Shown here one piece after another: positions 1-12,181 of a DNA stretch of 64,000 nt. Location: contig CAVQSP010000008.1 of NCBI GenBank assembly GCA_963715985.1, forward strand, positions 64,001-128,000, read 5' to 3'. The position numbers were made by a program, and so were the translations under genes. The notes beneath the pieces were generated by a model. The model did no database searches. It was not told the origin of the DNA and saw only the letters and a list, made by a program, of their open reading frames with translations. Numbering within the stretch: the first letter of the stretch is position 1; each line of letters starts with the position of its first letter. This DNA comes from an uncultured Thermoleophilia bacterium. GTDB lineage: Bacteria; Actinomycetota; Thermoleophilia; UBA2241.

Positions 1-1035
1 TCGATCCAGCCCTTGACGAAGGCCTGGTGGTCGGCGCGAGACGACCGGGCCGAGCTCCGTCTTGGGGTCGTAGGAGCAGCCGACGACGCGCTCTTTGGCG
101 AACTTCATCATGTAGCCGATGAACTCGTCGGCGATCTGGTTCTCGACGACGATCACGGGCAGCGCCATGCAGCGCATGCCGGCGCAGCCGAAGGTCGAGT
201 TGATGATGCCGGCGGCGGCGCGCTCCAGCGAGGCGTCGGCGAGCACGAGGCCGTGGTTCTTGGCCTCGGTCTGGGCCTGGACGCGCTTGCCGTGGGCGGC
301 GGCCAGCGAGTAGACGTGCTTGCCGACCGAGGTCGAGCCGACGAAGCTGACGCCGCGCACCAGCGGGTGCGTCATCATGATCTCGGCCTCGACGCGCGAG
401 CAGGTGACGACGTTGACGACGCCCTTGGGCAGGCCGGCCTCGTAGAGCAGCTCGAGCAGGCGCATGCCGGTCGTCGGCACCATGCTGGCCAGCTTGAGGA
501 CCAGGGTGTTGCCGGTGACGATGCAGAGCGGCAGCATCCAGCCGAAGGGGATCATGCCGGGGAAGTTGAAGGGGGCGATGCCGGCGAAGACGCCGATCGG
601 CTCGCGGTAGCTCACGGTGTCGTGCCCGGTGGACACGTTCATGAGCGATTCGCCCTTCATCGTCATCGGCGCGGAGACGCCGACCTCGCAACCCTCGATG
701 ATCTTGATGACCTCGCCGCGCGCCTCGTCGAGGTTCTTGCCGAGCTCGCGCGAGCAGAGGACGGTGATCTCCTCGGCGTGCTCCTCGAGCAGGGCCTTCC
801 AGCGGTAGAGCACCTGGGTGCGCTTCTGGATCGGCGTCGTCGACCAGGTCTGGAATGCCCTGTGGGCGCTCTCGATGGCGCCTTCGACCTCGGCGGCCGT
901 GCAGCAAGGCGCCTCGGCGAACACCTCGCCGGTGGAGGAGTCGGTGACCGGCATGTACTTGTCGGTCGCGGACTCGCGCCACTCGCCGTCGACGCAGTAC
1001 TTGAGGGTCTTCACTTCTGTCATGGCTTGGGCCAT
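1..1035 (-). CDS. mmsA: CoA-acylating methylmalonate/malonate-semialdehyde dehydrogenase (3' end runs off window)
   Basis: Manual minus-strand translation MAQAMTEVKTLKYCVDGEW...GIAPFNFPGMIP...SFVGST...EAKNH...FGCAGMRCMA gives ALDH motifs of the MMSDH subfamily. Alternative start at 1023. Confidence 0.85.
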   Translation of the reverse strand, partial: MAQAMTEVKTLKYCVDGEWRESATDKYMPVTDSSTGEVFAEAPCCTAAEVEGAIESAHRAFQTWSTTPIQKRTQVLYRWKALLEEHAEEITVLCSRELGKNLDEARGEVIKIIEGCEVGVSAPMTMKGESLMNVSTGHDTVSYREPIGVFAGIAPFNFPGMIPFGWMLPLCIVTGNTLVLKLASMVPTTGMRLLELLYEAGLPKGVVNVVTCSRVEAEIMMTHPLVRGVSFVGSTSVGKHVYSLAAAHGKRVQAQTEAKNHGLVLADASLERAAAGIINSTFGCAGMRCMALPVIVVENQIADEFIGYMMKFAKERVVGCSYDPKTELGPVVSRRPPGLRQGLDR

Positions 1036-1085
1036 CTTCGGTCCTCTCATCGCTCGCGTGGTTGCCTGAAAGCGTGGTACGTAGT

Positions 1086-1105
1086 CTAATCAATCAAATG
1101 ATTAG
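1086..1105. promoter_or_regulatory. Putative TetR operator
   Basis: AT-rich inverted repeat CTAATCA-N6-TGATTAG between the divergent mmsA and TetR genes. Confidence 0.6.
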
Positions 1106-1146
1106 TCTCAACTCCGATGCTGAGGATTCATCGCCGCGCGAAGCCA

Positions 1147-1841
1147 TGCGCTCTCGCGACGACGGCCCGGGTGGTCCAGCGTCGGCCGTGCTGAACCGGG
1201 AAGTGGCCGGCCAGCCGATGGACGATCCCCGGCCCAGCATGCCGCCGGCGGCGGCGCACCTCCTTGACGCCGCGCAGCGCGTCCTCCTCACCAAGGGGTT
1301 CAGGGGCCTGACCCTGCGTGCGATCGCGCAGGAGTCCGGCGAGAACTCGGCGATGGTGCAGTACTACTTCGGCAACAAGGACGGCCTGGTCAGGGCGATG
1401 ATCGACTCGGTCTTCCGCGACGACCAGCAGGACGCCGCCGCCGCCATGACCGTGGCGATGGGCGACGACCGCCTTCCGGCGTTCGTGAACAGCCTGCGCA
1501 CCATCAGCTCGTCGCGCTCGTTCCGCGTCTTCTTCGACATCCTGCCGTACGCGCTGCGCAACGAGGGGCTCAGGACCCGCATGGCGCGGGTGTACGACTG
1601 GTACCGGCAGATCAAGTGCGACTGGCTGCGCGGCACGGGCGAGCCGTCGCCGTCGGAGCGGCAGGCGCTGCTCGGCGTGGCCGAGCTCATGACCGCGGTG
1701 GTCGACGGTCTGGCCATCCAGGAGGTCATCGACGACGACTTCGACATGCGCCGGGCCTACGCGGTCCTCGAGTTCATGCTGCAACGCTCGCTGCCGGAGC
1801 TCATCGAGCGGGGGCTCCCGGAGTCCTCGTACCGGGACTGA
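1147..1841 (+). CDS. TetR/AcrR family transcriptional regulator
   Basis: HTH motif LLDAAQRVLLTKGFRGLTLRAIAQESGENSAMVQYYFGNKDGL. Start uncertain (1147, 1218 or 1239). Confidence 0.85.
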
Positions 1842-2772
1842 TCAGGAGTACTTGACCCGCGGGTCGAGCCACGTGTAGGCGAGGTCGACCACGAAGTTGC
1901 TCACCGTCACGAGCAGGGCGGCGAACAGCACCGTACCCATGATGAGCGGCAGGTCCTGCGTCTGGATGGCGTTCCACGCCTGCCAGCCGATGCCGGGGAT
2001 GCCGAACACCACCTCGATCACGAGCACGCCGCCGAGGAACCAGCCCACGTCCATGCCGAGCAGCGTGACGATGGGGCTCCAGGCGTTGCGCATGATGTGG
2101 CGCCACACCACGGTGCGCTCGGGCAGGCCCTTGGCGCGCGCCGCCTTGACGTAGTCGGCGCTGAGGATGTCGAGCATGCTGCTGCGCAGCATGCGCGAGT
2201 ACCAGGCGGCGCCGCCCAGCCCCAGGGTGAGGCCGGGCAGGACGCCGTAGATCGGCGCGGCCCAGCCCTCGTAGCCGCCCAGCGGGAAGATGGGGATCTG
2301 GTAGGCGAACACGTACATGAGCAGCATGCCCAGCCAGAAGGCAGGCGCGGCCAGGAAGATCGAGGCTGAGCAGGGTGAAGGTGCGGTCGCGGATGCCGTA
2401 CTGGCGGAGGGCGCTGATCATGCCCACCGGGATGCCGATCAGCAGCTCGAAGAAGATGCCGAACATGGCCACCATCACGGTGGCCGGGAAGCGCTGCAGG
2501 ATGGCCGTGGTGACGGGCAGCTGGGTCTCGTAGCTGTAGCCCATGCTGCCGTGTACGAGGTGCCACAGGTACAAGCCGTATTGGGTCCAGAGCGGCTTGT
2601 CGAGGCCCAGCTCCGTGCGGATGCGGGCCAGCACCTCAGGCGTGGCGTGCGTGCCGGCGATACTCTTGGCGGGGTCGCCCGGCACGGCGAAGGCGAGCAG
2701 GAAGGTGATGAGGCTCACGAAGAAGAGCACCACCACCATCCACAGCAGCCGGCGGACGACGTACTTACCCAT
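1842..2772 (-). CDS. dppB: Peptide ABC transporter permease (DppB/OppB family), one-base frameshift near 2361
   Basis: N-half PGDPA...LGLDKPLWTQY and C-half with EAA loop DYVKAARAKGL lie in two frames. Total length is 3n+1. Confidence 0.85.
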
Positions 2773-2831
2773 CGCCTCTGCCGCCGCACGTGGTCCGCGC
2801 GCTCGCCTCTCGCCGTGCCGCCGTCATCGGG

Positions 2832-4508
2832 TCACTTGCCGTCCAGCTTCCAGTACTCGAAGAAGTTGAAGATGTTGACGGGGTTCATGTAGAAGCCGCC
2901 CGTGTTCTTGCCGTACATCGCGTTCCAGATGGGCTGGTACAGCGGGGCCGTGGGCGCGTCCTGCATGACGATGTCCTGCATCTGCTTGAACATCTCGATG
3001 CGCTTGGCCGCATCGAGCTCGCTGGCCGATGCTGCGTACAGATCGTTCACCTGGGCGTTCTCGTAGAAGCTGGAGTTGGCGCCGCCGTCGATGGGGTTGG
3101 TGAACAGCGGCCCGATCCAGTCGCTGGGGTCGGGGAAGTCCATGTACCAGTCGCTCAGACCGATGGCGGCGTGTGACTTCTTGAGACTGATGTAGTTCCA
3201 GTAGGTGGCGCGGTCCAGCTGCTTGATCTCGGCCTCGATGCCCACGTCCTTCAGGTCGGCCTGGATCGCCTGTGCGAGCTTGGGGAGCGGGTCGACGTTG
3301 TGGCTCACGAACGTCACCTTGAAGCCGTTGGGAAAGCCGGCCTCGGCAAGCAACTGCTTCGCCTTCGCCGGGTCGTAGGTGTAGAACGTGGCGTCCGCCT
3401 GGTGGCCGGGCATCCCGACGGGATAGACCTGGTTGAGGGCCTTGCCCTGGCCGGCCAGCAGCTTCTGGATCTTCTGCGTGTCGATCGCGTAGTTGACCGC
3501 CTGTCGCACCTGGGCGTTGTCGAACGGCTGCTCGAGCACGTTCATGAACACGTAGTACCAGGCGATGTTGGGGGTGTCGACGACGTACTTGCCCCACGTG
3601 GGGTCCTGCTTGGTGCGCAGGTAGTCGGCGGCCGGGATCGAGTCGCCGAGGATGTCCACCTCACCGCGCTCGAGCTTGAGCAGCGCCGTGCCGGGGTTGG
3701 ACGAGAAGACGAACTCCATCGAGTCGACCCACTGGTCGGTGTCGCTGGACCAGTTCGTGTTCCTCACGGCCGTGATGCTCTGGCCCGGCGTCCAGCTTTC
3801 GATGACGTACGGGCCGGTGCCGAGCGGCTTGCGGTTGATCTGTTTGCCGACCTTGTCCACCCACTCCTTGGACATGACCGAGGTGAAGGGCATGGTCATC
3901 GCCATCAGGAAGGCGCCGTCCGGAGCGCCGATGGTGATCTGCACCGTGTAGTCGTCGACGACCTTGTAGCCCTTCACGTCCTTGGCCTTGCCGTCTATGA
4001 AGTCCTGCGCCCCGACGACGCCGGTGTAGAAGTAGGTCGCCGGCGCCAGCGGCTCCTTGAGCATGCGCTCGAAGCTGTACTTGAAGTCCTGCGCAGTCAC
4101 CTCGCGGCTCACCGGCGGGGCGAACTTGACGCCCTTCCTGAGGTGGAAGGTGTACACGAGGCCGTCGGCGGAGATGCCGCCGTTGTCGCCCGTCGGCACC
4201 TCGGTGGCGAGGTCGGGCACCAGCTCCGTGCCGGCCTCGCCCGGCTCGCTCGCGTAGGTGAGGAACGTCTGGTACGTGAGCCGCTCGATGCTCATCGACT
4301 CGTTCTCCCAGGCGATCGCCGGATCCAGACCCGTCGGTTCGCCCTGGAAGGTCACAGTCAGTGTGCCGCCCTTCACCGGCGTGGTGCTCGCGGGGCTGCT
4401 GCCACCTGCGCTCGAGCCGCCACCGCCGGAGCCGCAGGCGGCGAGGCCGGCGGCCAAGGCGACGGCGAGCAGCACCGCCGCCACCGTCGCCCCTCTCCGT
4501 CCGTTCAT
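2832..4508 (-). CDS. Peptide ABC transporter substrate-binding lipoprotein (family 5)
   Basis: Lipobox LAAC after a hydrophobic signal, plus YTFHLRKGVKF, LGTGPY and VRQAVNYAID motifs. Confidence 0.9.
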   Translation of the reverse strand: MNGRRGATVAAVLLAVALAAGLAACGSGGGGSSAGGSSPASTTPVKGGTLTVTFQGEPTGLDPAIAWENESMSIERLTYQTFLTYASEPGEAGTELVPDLATEVPTGDNGGISADGLVYTFHLRKGVKFAPPVSREVTAQDFKYSFERMLKEPLAPATYFYTGVVGAQDFIDGKAKDVKGYKVVDDYTVQITIGAPDGAFLMAMTMPFTSVMSKEWVDKVGKQINRKPLGTGPYVIESWTPGQSITAVRNTNWSSDTDQWVDSMEFVFSSNPGTALLKLERGEVDILGDSIPAADYLRTKQDPTWGKYVVDTPNIAWYYVFMNVLEQPFDNAQVRQAVNYAIDTQKIQKLLAGQGKALNQVYPVGMPGHQADATFYTYDPAKAKQLLAEAGFPNGFKVTFVSHNVDPLPKLAQAIQADLKDVGIEAEIKQLDRATYWNYISLKKSHAAIGLSDWYMDFPDPSDWIGPLFTNPIDGGANSSFYENAQVNDLYAASASELDAAKRIEMFKQMQDIVMQDAPTAPLYQPIWNAMYGKNTGGFYMNPVNIFNFFEYWKLDGK

Positions 4509-4585
4509 GTCCCCGCTCCTTTCGTCTCTCCCTCGGCAGACGGTCGCGGCGGGGCGCGCCAGTCCCTGCGCCCGCCGCCTGCGTC

Positions 4586-6268
4586 CTATTCCTTCCAGTA
4601 CTGGGTCGGGTCGATCTCGTACACCGGGTGCAGATAGAAGCCGCCGGTGGTCTTGGAGCACATGGTGGTCTGGGTGGGCTGGTAGCAGGGCACGTAGGGC
4701 GCCTGCGTGGCGATGTAGTCCTGCATCTCCGAGTACTTGGCGATGCGCGCGGCGGGGTCTGTCATGGCCTGCGCCTCCACGTACATCTTCTCCAGCTTGG
4801 GGCTCCACCAGAAGCTCGAGTTCATGCCTCCGGGCACGGCGCTGGCCTTGCTGAACAGCGGCCCGATCCAGTCGCTCGGGTCGGGGAAGTCCATCCACCA
4901 GCCGAAGCTGCCGGCGGTCAGGGTCTTGGGCTGGCCCTGCTGGTTGTAGTAGGTGTTGTTGCTCATCGTCTTCAGGTCGGCCTTCACCCCCACGGCCGCG
5001 AGGTCGGCCTGCACCGACTGCCAGAGCTTGGGGTCGGGGTCGACGTTGTCTGTGTAGAGCATCGTCTCGAAGCCGTTCGGGTAGCCGGCCTCGGCGAGCA
5101 GCTGCTTGGCCTTCGCCGGGTCGTACCCGTAGAAGACCTTGCCCTCCTGGTGGCCCGGCATGCCCTTGGGGTAGAACTGCCACAGCGAGGAGGCCTGGCC
5201 GGCCTGCAGCTTCACCAGCTTGTCGCGGTCGATGGCCCAGCTGAGCGCCTGGCGTACCTTGACGTCGTCGAACGGCTTCATCTCCACGTTCATGAACATG
5301 TAGCTGATGGCTACCAGCGGCTGCGAGTAGACCTGCGACTTCCACGTCGGGTCCGCCTGGATGCGCGGCAGGTCGCTGACGGGCACGCCGTCGCCGAGCA
5401 CGTCCACTTCGCCGCGCTGCAGCTTGAGCAGGGCGGTGTTGGGCGTGAACGACAGCTGGTAGTCCACCGTGTCCAGATAGGGCTTGCCCGGCTCCCAGTA
5501 GTCAGGGTTGCGGGTGACCACGATCTCGCGGCCCGGCGTCCACTTCTGGAAGATGAAGGGGCCGGTGCCCAGCGGGTGACGGTTGAACTGCTTGCCCCAC
5601 TTGTCCACCCACTCCTTGGGCACCACGTCGCAGAAGTCCATGGTCAGCGCGTTGAGGAAGGAGAGGTCGGGGCCCTTGAGCGTGATCTCCACGGTGTAGT
5701 CGTCCACGACCTTGTAGCCGGCGATCTCCGTGGCCTTCTTGGCCATGAACTCGTCGGCGCCCACCACGCCCATGTAGAACGAAGTGGCGGGCGCCCGCGG
5801 CGAGGCCATCATGCGCTCGAAGCTGTACTTGAAGTCGGCCGCCGTGACCTCGCGGTTCACCGGCGGCTGGAACCTGACGCCCTTGCGCAGGTGGAAGGTG
5901 TACGTCCTGCCGTCGGCGGAGATGCCGCCGTTGTCGATGCTGGGCACCTCGGTGGCGAGGCACGGGATCAGCTCCGTGCCGGCCTCGCCGGGCTTGTGCG
6001 CGTACTGCAGGAAGCCCTGGTAGATGTCGTGCTCGATCTGCCAGTCGATCACGTTCCAGGCGACGGCGGGGTCGAGGCTCGAGGGCTCCGTGAGGTACGA
6101 GAGCGTCAGCGTGCCGCCCTGCTTGGGCGTGCCCGGCGGGCTCGAGGCGCCGCCGCCGGTCGAGCCGCCGGTCGAGCCGCCACAGGCGGCCAGCCCTGCG
6201 GCGAGCGTGATGGCGAGCGCGAGCACGGCGGCGAGGACGCCGGCGGCTCTGCGGCTGCGGTGCGACAT
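4586..6268 (-). CDS. Peptide ABC transporter substrate-binding lipoprotein (family 5), paralog of the neighbouring gene
   Basis: Lipobox LAAC, plus YTFHLRKGVRF, LGTGPF and MDFPDPSDWIGPLF shared with the 2832-4508 protein. Confidence 0.9.
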   Translation of the reverse strand: MSHRSRRAAGVLAAVLALAITLAAGLAACGGSTGGSTGGGASSPPGTPKQGGTLTLSYLTEPSSLDPAVAWNVIDWQIEHDIYQGFLQYAHKPGEAGTELIPCLATEVPSIDNGGISADGRTYTFHLRKGVRFQPPVNREVTAADFKYSFERMMASPRAPATSFYMGVVGADEFMAKKATEIAGYKVVDDYTVEITLKGPDLSFLNALTMDFCDVVPKEWVDKWGKQFNRHPLGTGPFIFQKWTPGREIVVTRNPDYWEPGKPYLDTVDYQLSFTPNTALLKLQRGEVDVLGDGVPVSDLPRIQADPTWKSQVYSQPLVAISYMFMNVEMKPFDDVKVRQALSWAIDRDKLVKLQAGQASSLWQFYPKGMPGHQEGKVFYGYDPAKAKQLLAEAGYPNGFETMLYTDNVDPDPKLWQSVQADLAAVGVKADLKTMSNNTYYNQQGQPKTLTAGSFGWWMDFPDPSDWIGPLFSKASAVPGGMNSSFWWSPKLEKMYVEAQAMTDPAARIAKYSEMQDYIATQAPYVPCYQPTQTTMCSKTTGGFYLHPVYEIDPTQYWKE

Positions 6269-6316
6269 GCGCTCCTCCTGTGTCCTTGATCGTGGGTGCG
6301 GCGCCGGGCGCATCGC

Positions 6317-7312
6317 TCAGCGCCGCCGCTGTTTGGGGTCGAAGGCGTCGCGCAGCCCGTCACCGACGAGGTTGAACGCGAGCACCGTGATCATGATGGC
6401 GAGGCCGGGATAGATGACGAGGTGGGGAGCCGAGAGGTAGTAGGCCTGCCCCTCGCTGATCATCTGGCCCCAGGACGGCGTGGGCGGCTGCACGCCGAGG
6501 CCGATGTAGCTGAGCGTCGCCTCGAACAGGATGGTGGTGGCGATGCCGAGGCTCGTGTACACGATGATCGGCGCCACCAGGTGGGGCAGGATGTGGCGGA
6601 ACAGGATGCGGCGGTTGGTGCAGCCCGTGAGCCGCGCGGCGTCCACGAACTCCTTCTCGCGGATGCTCAGCACCTCCCCGTGGATCACACGCGTCATCGG
6701 CGTCCAGTACACGATGCCGATCACCAGGATGAGGATCCAGACGCTCGGTTTGAGCACGCTCACCAGCGCCACCGCAAGCAGGTAGATGGGGAACGCCATC
6801 ATCACGTCGGTCATGCGCATCAGCAGCGTCTCCACCCCGCCGCGGAAGTAGCCGGCCGTGAGCCCGAAGACGACACCCAGGATGAGGGCGAAGCCGTTGG
6901 CGAGCACGCCCACGGTGAGCGACACGCGGGCGCCGTAGATGAGACGGCTGAGCAGGTCGCGGCCGAGGGTGTCGGTGCCGAGGGGGAACTCGGCCGACGG
7001 GCCTACCGGCATGCCCTGCATGGTCAGGCCCTCGTCGAACTGCTCCGTGGGATCGTGCGGGGCGACCCACGGCGCGAAGACGGCGACCAGCACGAGGATG
7101 ATGATCACGACGATGCCGATCATCGCGAACTTGTCGCGGCGGAAGCGGCGGAAGATCTCGCCCCACAGCGAGCGATGCTCGATGAGCAGCGCGTCCGGGT
7201 TCCACATGCCGACGGTGCCCATGCCCGTCGCGACCTCCGAGCCGGGCGCCGGCGTGGCGAGGCCCAGGTCGATCTCGGTCTCGGGCTCCAGGCCTTTGAA
7301 GTCGTCGTTCAC
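6317..7312 (-). CDS. dppC: Peptide ABC transporter permease (DppC/OppC family)
   Basis: [44 protein letters not shown]. Confidence 0.9.
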   Translation of the reverse strand: MNDDFKGLEPETEIDLGLATPAPGSEVATGMGTVGMWNPDALLIEHRSLWGEIFRRFRRDKFAMIGIVVIIILVLVAVFAPWVAPHDPTEQFDEGLTMQGMPVGPSAEFPLGTDTLGRDLLSRLIYGARVSLTVGVLANGFALILGVVFGLTAGYFRGGVETLLMRMTDVMMAFPIYLLAVALVSVLKPSVWILILVIGIVYWTPMTRVIHGEVLSIREKEFVDAARLTGCTNRRILFRHILPHLVAPIIVYTSLGIATTILFEATLSYIGLGVQPPTPSWGQMISEGQAYYLSAPHLVIYPGLAIMITVLAFNLVGDGLRDAFDPKQRRR

Positions 7313-8399
7313 GCCGTGGCACCACCTTCGCGCGGGCCGACCACGTCCTGCGGCAGCTCCGCCACCGCGAGGTCGTCCTCGCCGGCCCGGATGTGCGGGT
7401 AGTCGGCGGCGGTGATGAGGTGGCAGGCGGCCCAGTGCCCGGGGCGCACCTCCACAAGCCGCGGGTCCTCCGTGTCGCAGAGTCCTTCGCGCGCCGCCGG
7501 ACAGCGCGTGTGGAAGTGGCAGCCGCTGGGCGGCTCGACCGGCGACGGCACGTCGCCGGTGAGCACCACGGGCCGCCGCATCTCCTCGGCCTCCGGGTCG
7601 GGGATGGGCACGGCGCTCAGCAGCGCCTGCGTGTACGGGTGCATGGGCTCGGTGTACAGCACCGCGTTCTCGGCGAGCTCGACGATGCGCCCCAGGTACA
7701 TGACCGCGACGCGGTCACAGATGTGGCGCACAACGCTGAGGTCGTGGGCGATGAACAGGTAGGTGAGTCCGAACTCGCGCTGCAGCTGCTGCAGCAGGTT
7801 GATGATCTGCGCGCGGATGGAGACGTCCAGGGCGCTGATCGGCTCGTCGCAGACGATGAAGTTCGGCTCCACGGCCAGCGCCCGCGCGATGCCGATGCGC
7901 TGGCGCTGCCCGCCGCTGAACTCGTGCGGGTAGCGGTTCAGGGTGTTGGGGTTGATGCCCACCGTCTGCAACAGCTCCCGTACTCTTGACTTGCGCTGCC
8001 GGCGGTCGCCCATCCCGTGTACGAGGAGCGGCTCGCCGACGATGTCGGCCACCGTCATGCGCCCGTTCAGCGAGGCGTACGGGTCCTGGAAGATCATCTG
8101 CATGCGCTTGCGCTGGCGCCGCAGGGCGCCGCCCTTGAGGTGCGCGAGGTCGCCGCCCTCGTACAGCACGCGCCCCGTGGTAGGCCGGATGAGCTGCAGG
8201 ATGGCGCGCCCGGTGGTGCTCTTGCCGCAGCCGCTCTCGCCGACCAGGCCCAGGGTCTCGCCCCGCCGGATCTCGAGGTCGACGCCGTCCACCGCGTACA
8301 CGGCTCCGACCTTGCGCCTGAACACGATGCCGCTGGTGATGGGGAAGTGGACGCGGAGGTCCTCCACCGTGACCAACGTGTCGCCGGGCGCTGCCGCGC

Positions 8400-8403
<4 letters not shown>
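7309..8403 (-). CDS. dppF: Peptide ABC transporter ATP-binding protein (DppF/OppF family)
   Basis: Walker [23 protein letters not shown]-terminal GCHFHTRC oligopeptide-ABC motif. Confidence 0.9.
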
Positions 8404-9410
<1,007 letters not shown>

Positions 9411-9566
9411 AGCCGGAGTCTATCGTCACCTCTGGGCACATGCGACAGTGCAGGAGCGTGGTGGCCGCGCCGCGCACGCGGCGCGGCCACCGTCTTTGAC
9501 CGGCCCCGGCGGGGCTGGTACACATGGGCGTGTCACCCCAGCGGACGGCCCGGAAGGGAGAGCGCC

Positions 9567-10598
9567 GTGGCGCACGCCTCCTGCATGCATCTCGATCTCA
9601 CGACGGCTTCGCCCTTCGGCATCTCCCGCTGGACGCGAGACCGGTTCGCCAATTACGTCGTCGAGCTGCGCGAGGGTGGTCTCGTCGGGCGCGGCGAAGC
9701 CGCTCCGAACCCTCGCTACGGCGAGTCGCGCGACGAGGGCGCCGCACTGCTCGCCGACCTCGCCCCCGAGATCGCGGACGCGCAGGGGCCGGCCGGCGTG
9801 GAGGCGCTGTGCGACCGGCTGGCCGGACCGGGCGGCGCAGACCTGCCGGCCCTGCGGGCCGGCCTCAGCGCCGCCGCCTGGGACCTGGCCGGCAAACAGG
9901 CAGGCGAGCCCGTCTGGCGCATGCTCGGCCTCGAACGGCCCGACGTGCGCACCTCGTACACCGTGGCCATAGACGCGCCTGACCAGATGCTGGCGCAGGC
10001 GCGCGCCGCCTCCGCCTTCGGCACGCTCAAGGTCAAGCTGGGCTTCGACGGCGACGTGGAGCTCGCGGTGGCGCTCGCCCGAGAACTGCCGCAGACCACG
10101 TTCCGCTACGACGCCAACGAGGGCTGGGACCGCGAGCGCGCCGCCTCGGCGCTCGAGGTGCTCGCCGGGCTCGGCGCCGAGCTCGTGGAGCAGCCGCTGC
10201 CCGCAGACGATCCCGAGGGCATCGCCTGGCTGCGCGAGCGCTCGCCCGTGCCGCTCTACGCCGACGAGGCGCTGCTTGCGCTCGCCGGCCTGGACGCCGT
10301 GGCCGAGGTCTACGACGGCGTGGTCGTCAAGCTCGCGAAGGCGGGGGGCATCGCGTCCGCCTTCGCGCTGCTGTCGGCCTGCGCCGGCCGCGGTCTGGGC
10401 GTGCTCCTGGGGTGCATGGTGGAGTCCAGCCTCGGCATCGCCGCGGGGCTGCAGCTGGCCGGCCTTGCAGACCACGTGGACCTCGACGGGGCGCTGCTGC
10501 TGGCGGACGATCCGTTCGCCGGCGTGACCGCGGACGGTGACCGCCTCACGGCCTCCGAGGATCCCGGGCTGGGGGTCGTGCCCGTCAGCGAGGAGTAG
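9567..10598 (+). CDS. L-Ala-D/L-Glu (dipeptide) epimerase, enolase superfamily
   Basis: PFGISR, KVKLG, DANEG, EQP, ADE, KLAKAGG, GCMVES and DLDG motifs. Start is GTG 9567 or ATG 9585. Confidence 0.85.
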   Translation: MAHASCMHLDLTTASPFGISRWTRDRFANYVVELREGGLVGRGEAAPNPRYGESRDEGAALLADLAPEIADAQGPAGVEALCDRLAGPGGADLPALRAGLSAAAWDLAGKQAGEPVWRMLGLERPDVRTSYTVAIDAPDQMLAQARAASAFGTLKVKLGFDGDVELAVALARELPQTTFRYDANEGWDRERAASALEVLAGLGAELVEQPLPADDPEGIAWLRERSPVPLYADEALLALAGLDAVAEVYDGVVVKLAKAGGIASAFALLSACAGRGLGVLLGCMVESSLGIAAGLQLAGLADHVDLDGALLLADDPFAGVTADGDRLTASEDPGLGVVPVSEE

Positions 10599-11352
10599 CG
10601 CCCGCGGAGGCGGCTTCGCCGTCCGCGGCGTCGCCCAGCGCGCCGAAGAGCGCCGCGCCGGTGCGCGCCACCGCCTCGAAGCCGCCGGCGTCCTCGCTGA
10701 GCACCACGACGGCGGCACGCATCCCCCCGTCGCAGACAAGGCCGAAGTCGTGGGCGTAGTGGCAGACGGGCGAGTCGTCGCCGCATTTGCCGGCGTACTC
10801 GGCGCTCGCGGGCAGGTAGCGGGCGATGCCGTCCAGGTGCTCCTGCAGGCTCAGGGATGCCAGCACGGCCTCTCGTACGGCCGCACTGAGCCGCGGGCCG
10901 CCGGCGAGCTCCTCGACGAGAGTGGCGAGGTCGGCCGCGCAGGTGTAGTTGTCGCGGCCGGCCTCCACCGCCTCAGCGTCGCACATGAGGCGCGCCATCA
11001 CGGTGCTCCCCATCCCGAGCTCCGCGGCTAGCGCGTTCACGCGCGCGAAGCCGACGGCGGAGGCGACGATGTTGCTGGCCTCGTTGTCGCTGACCGCCAG
11101 CATGAGGTGGACGAGGTCGCCGAGGGAGATGGAGGCGGCGTGCCGGAAGCCGCGCAGCACGCCGCTGCCGCCCACGCCGCGACCGGGCTCAACGACGTGC
11201 GGGGCGGCGTCGTCGAGCTCGCCGCGCTCCACCGCGCGCCAGAACGCCGCCGCCAGCAGCACCTTGACAGTGGAGAACGCCGGCAGGCGCACGTCGTCGT
11301 GCGCGCGCAGGCACAGACCCGAGTCCAGGTCCTTGGCCACGTAGGCGATCAT
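10585..11352 (-). CDS. Serine hydrolase with class A beta-lactamase-like fold
   Basis: SxxK (STVK), SDN and K(C)G motifs. No signal peptide. Confidence 0.8.
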   Translation of the reverse strand: MIAYVAKDLDSGLCLRAHDDVRLPAFSTVKVLLAAAFWRAVERGELDDAAPHVVEPGRGVGGSGVLRGFRHAASISLGDLVHLMLAVSDNEASNIVASAVGFARVNALAAELGMGSTVMARLMCDAEAVEAGRDNYTCAADLATLVEELAGGPRLSAAVREAVLASLSLQEHLDGIARYLPASAEYAGKCGDDSPVCHYAHDFGLVCDGGMRAAVVVLSEDAGGFEAVARTGAALFGALGDAADGEAASAGATPR

Positions 11353-11355
11353 GAC

Positions 11356-12123
11356 TCAGATGGTGGCGTGGGCGCCGGCGTCCACGTGCACCACCTCGCC
11401 GGTGATGGCGCGCGAGAGGTCGCTGAGCAGGAAGACGGTGGCGTCCGCGACCTCCTCGCTGGTGACGTTGCGGCGCAGCGGCGTGTGGCTCTCGAGGAGC
11501 TCCAGCATGCCGCTGAAGTCCTTGATCGTGCGCGCCGCCACGGTGGCGATGGGGCCTGCGGACACCGCGTTCACGCGGATGCCCTGCGGCCCCAGGTCCG
11601 CCGCCAGGTAGCGGACGGCGCTCTCCAGCGAGGCCTTGGCCGGCCCCATGACGTTGTAGTTGGGCACCACGCGCCAGGACCCGGCGTACGTCATCGTGAC
11701 GATGGCGCCGCCCCTCGTCATGAGGCGGCGGGCTTCGCGCGCCAAGGCGATGAGCGAGTACGAGCTGATGTCGTTGGCCTGGGCGAAGCCGTCGCGCGTG
11801 GTCTCCACAAAGCTCCCCTGCAGGTCGTGGGCAGGTGCCCACGCGATGCTGTGCACGAAGCCGTCGATGACGGGCATGTGCGCGGCCAGCTCGTCGACGG
11901 CGGCGCGCACGGCGTCGTCGCCGCCCACGTCCAGCTGGATCATCGGAGCCCCGCCGAGCTCGGTGGCCAGCGTCTCGACGCGGTGCCGCAGCCGCTCGGC
12001 CTGGTACGACAAGGCGACGGCGCCGCCGTGTCGCTGGATCGCCAGGGCCACGGCCCAGGCGATCGAGCGCGGGTTGGCGGCGCCCGTCACGAGGAAGCTC
12101 TTGCCTTCGAGCAGGTCGGTCAT
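11356..12123 (-). CDS. fabI: Enoyl-ACP reductase
   Basis: VTGAANPRSIAW, HSIAWAP, YNVMGPAKASLE, VSAGPIAT. Confidence 0.9.
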   Translation of the reverse strand: MTDLLEGKSFLVTGAANPRSIAWAVALAIQRHGGAVALSYQAERLRHRVETLATELGGAPMIQLDVGGDDAVRAAVDELAAHMPVIDGFVHSIAWAPAHDLQGSFVETTRDGFAQANDISSYSLIALAREARRLMTRGGAIVTMTYAGSWRVVPNYNVMGPAKASLESAVRYLAADLGPQGIRVNAVSAGPIATVAARTIKDFSGMLELLESHTPLRRNVTSEEVADATVFLLSDLSRAITGEVVHVDAGAHATI

Positions 12124-12181
12124 GTGACTTCACCCCCGGCCAGTCTAACCCCGCCGCGTGCGGTGCGCAGCGCGGGATGCG

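Noticed and set aside
13-1089. Long plus-strand ORF, and similar long antisense ORFs (e.g. 3300-4637, 4361-6289, 37348-38895, 49165-51090)
   Set aside because: Shadow ORFs opposite recognisable genes, expected in high-GC DNA.
10585-11352. Antibiotic-resistance beta-lactamase
   Set aside because: No signal peptide and no canonical ExxLN omega-loop motif, so it is more likely a peptidase or esterase.
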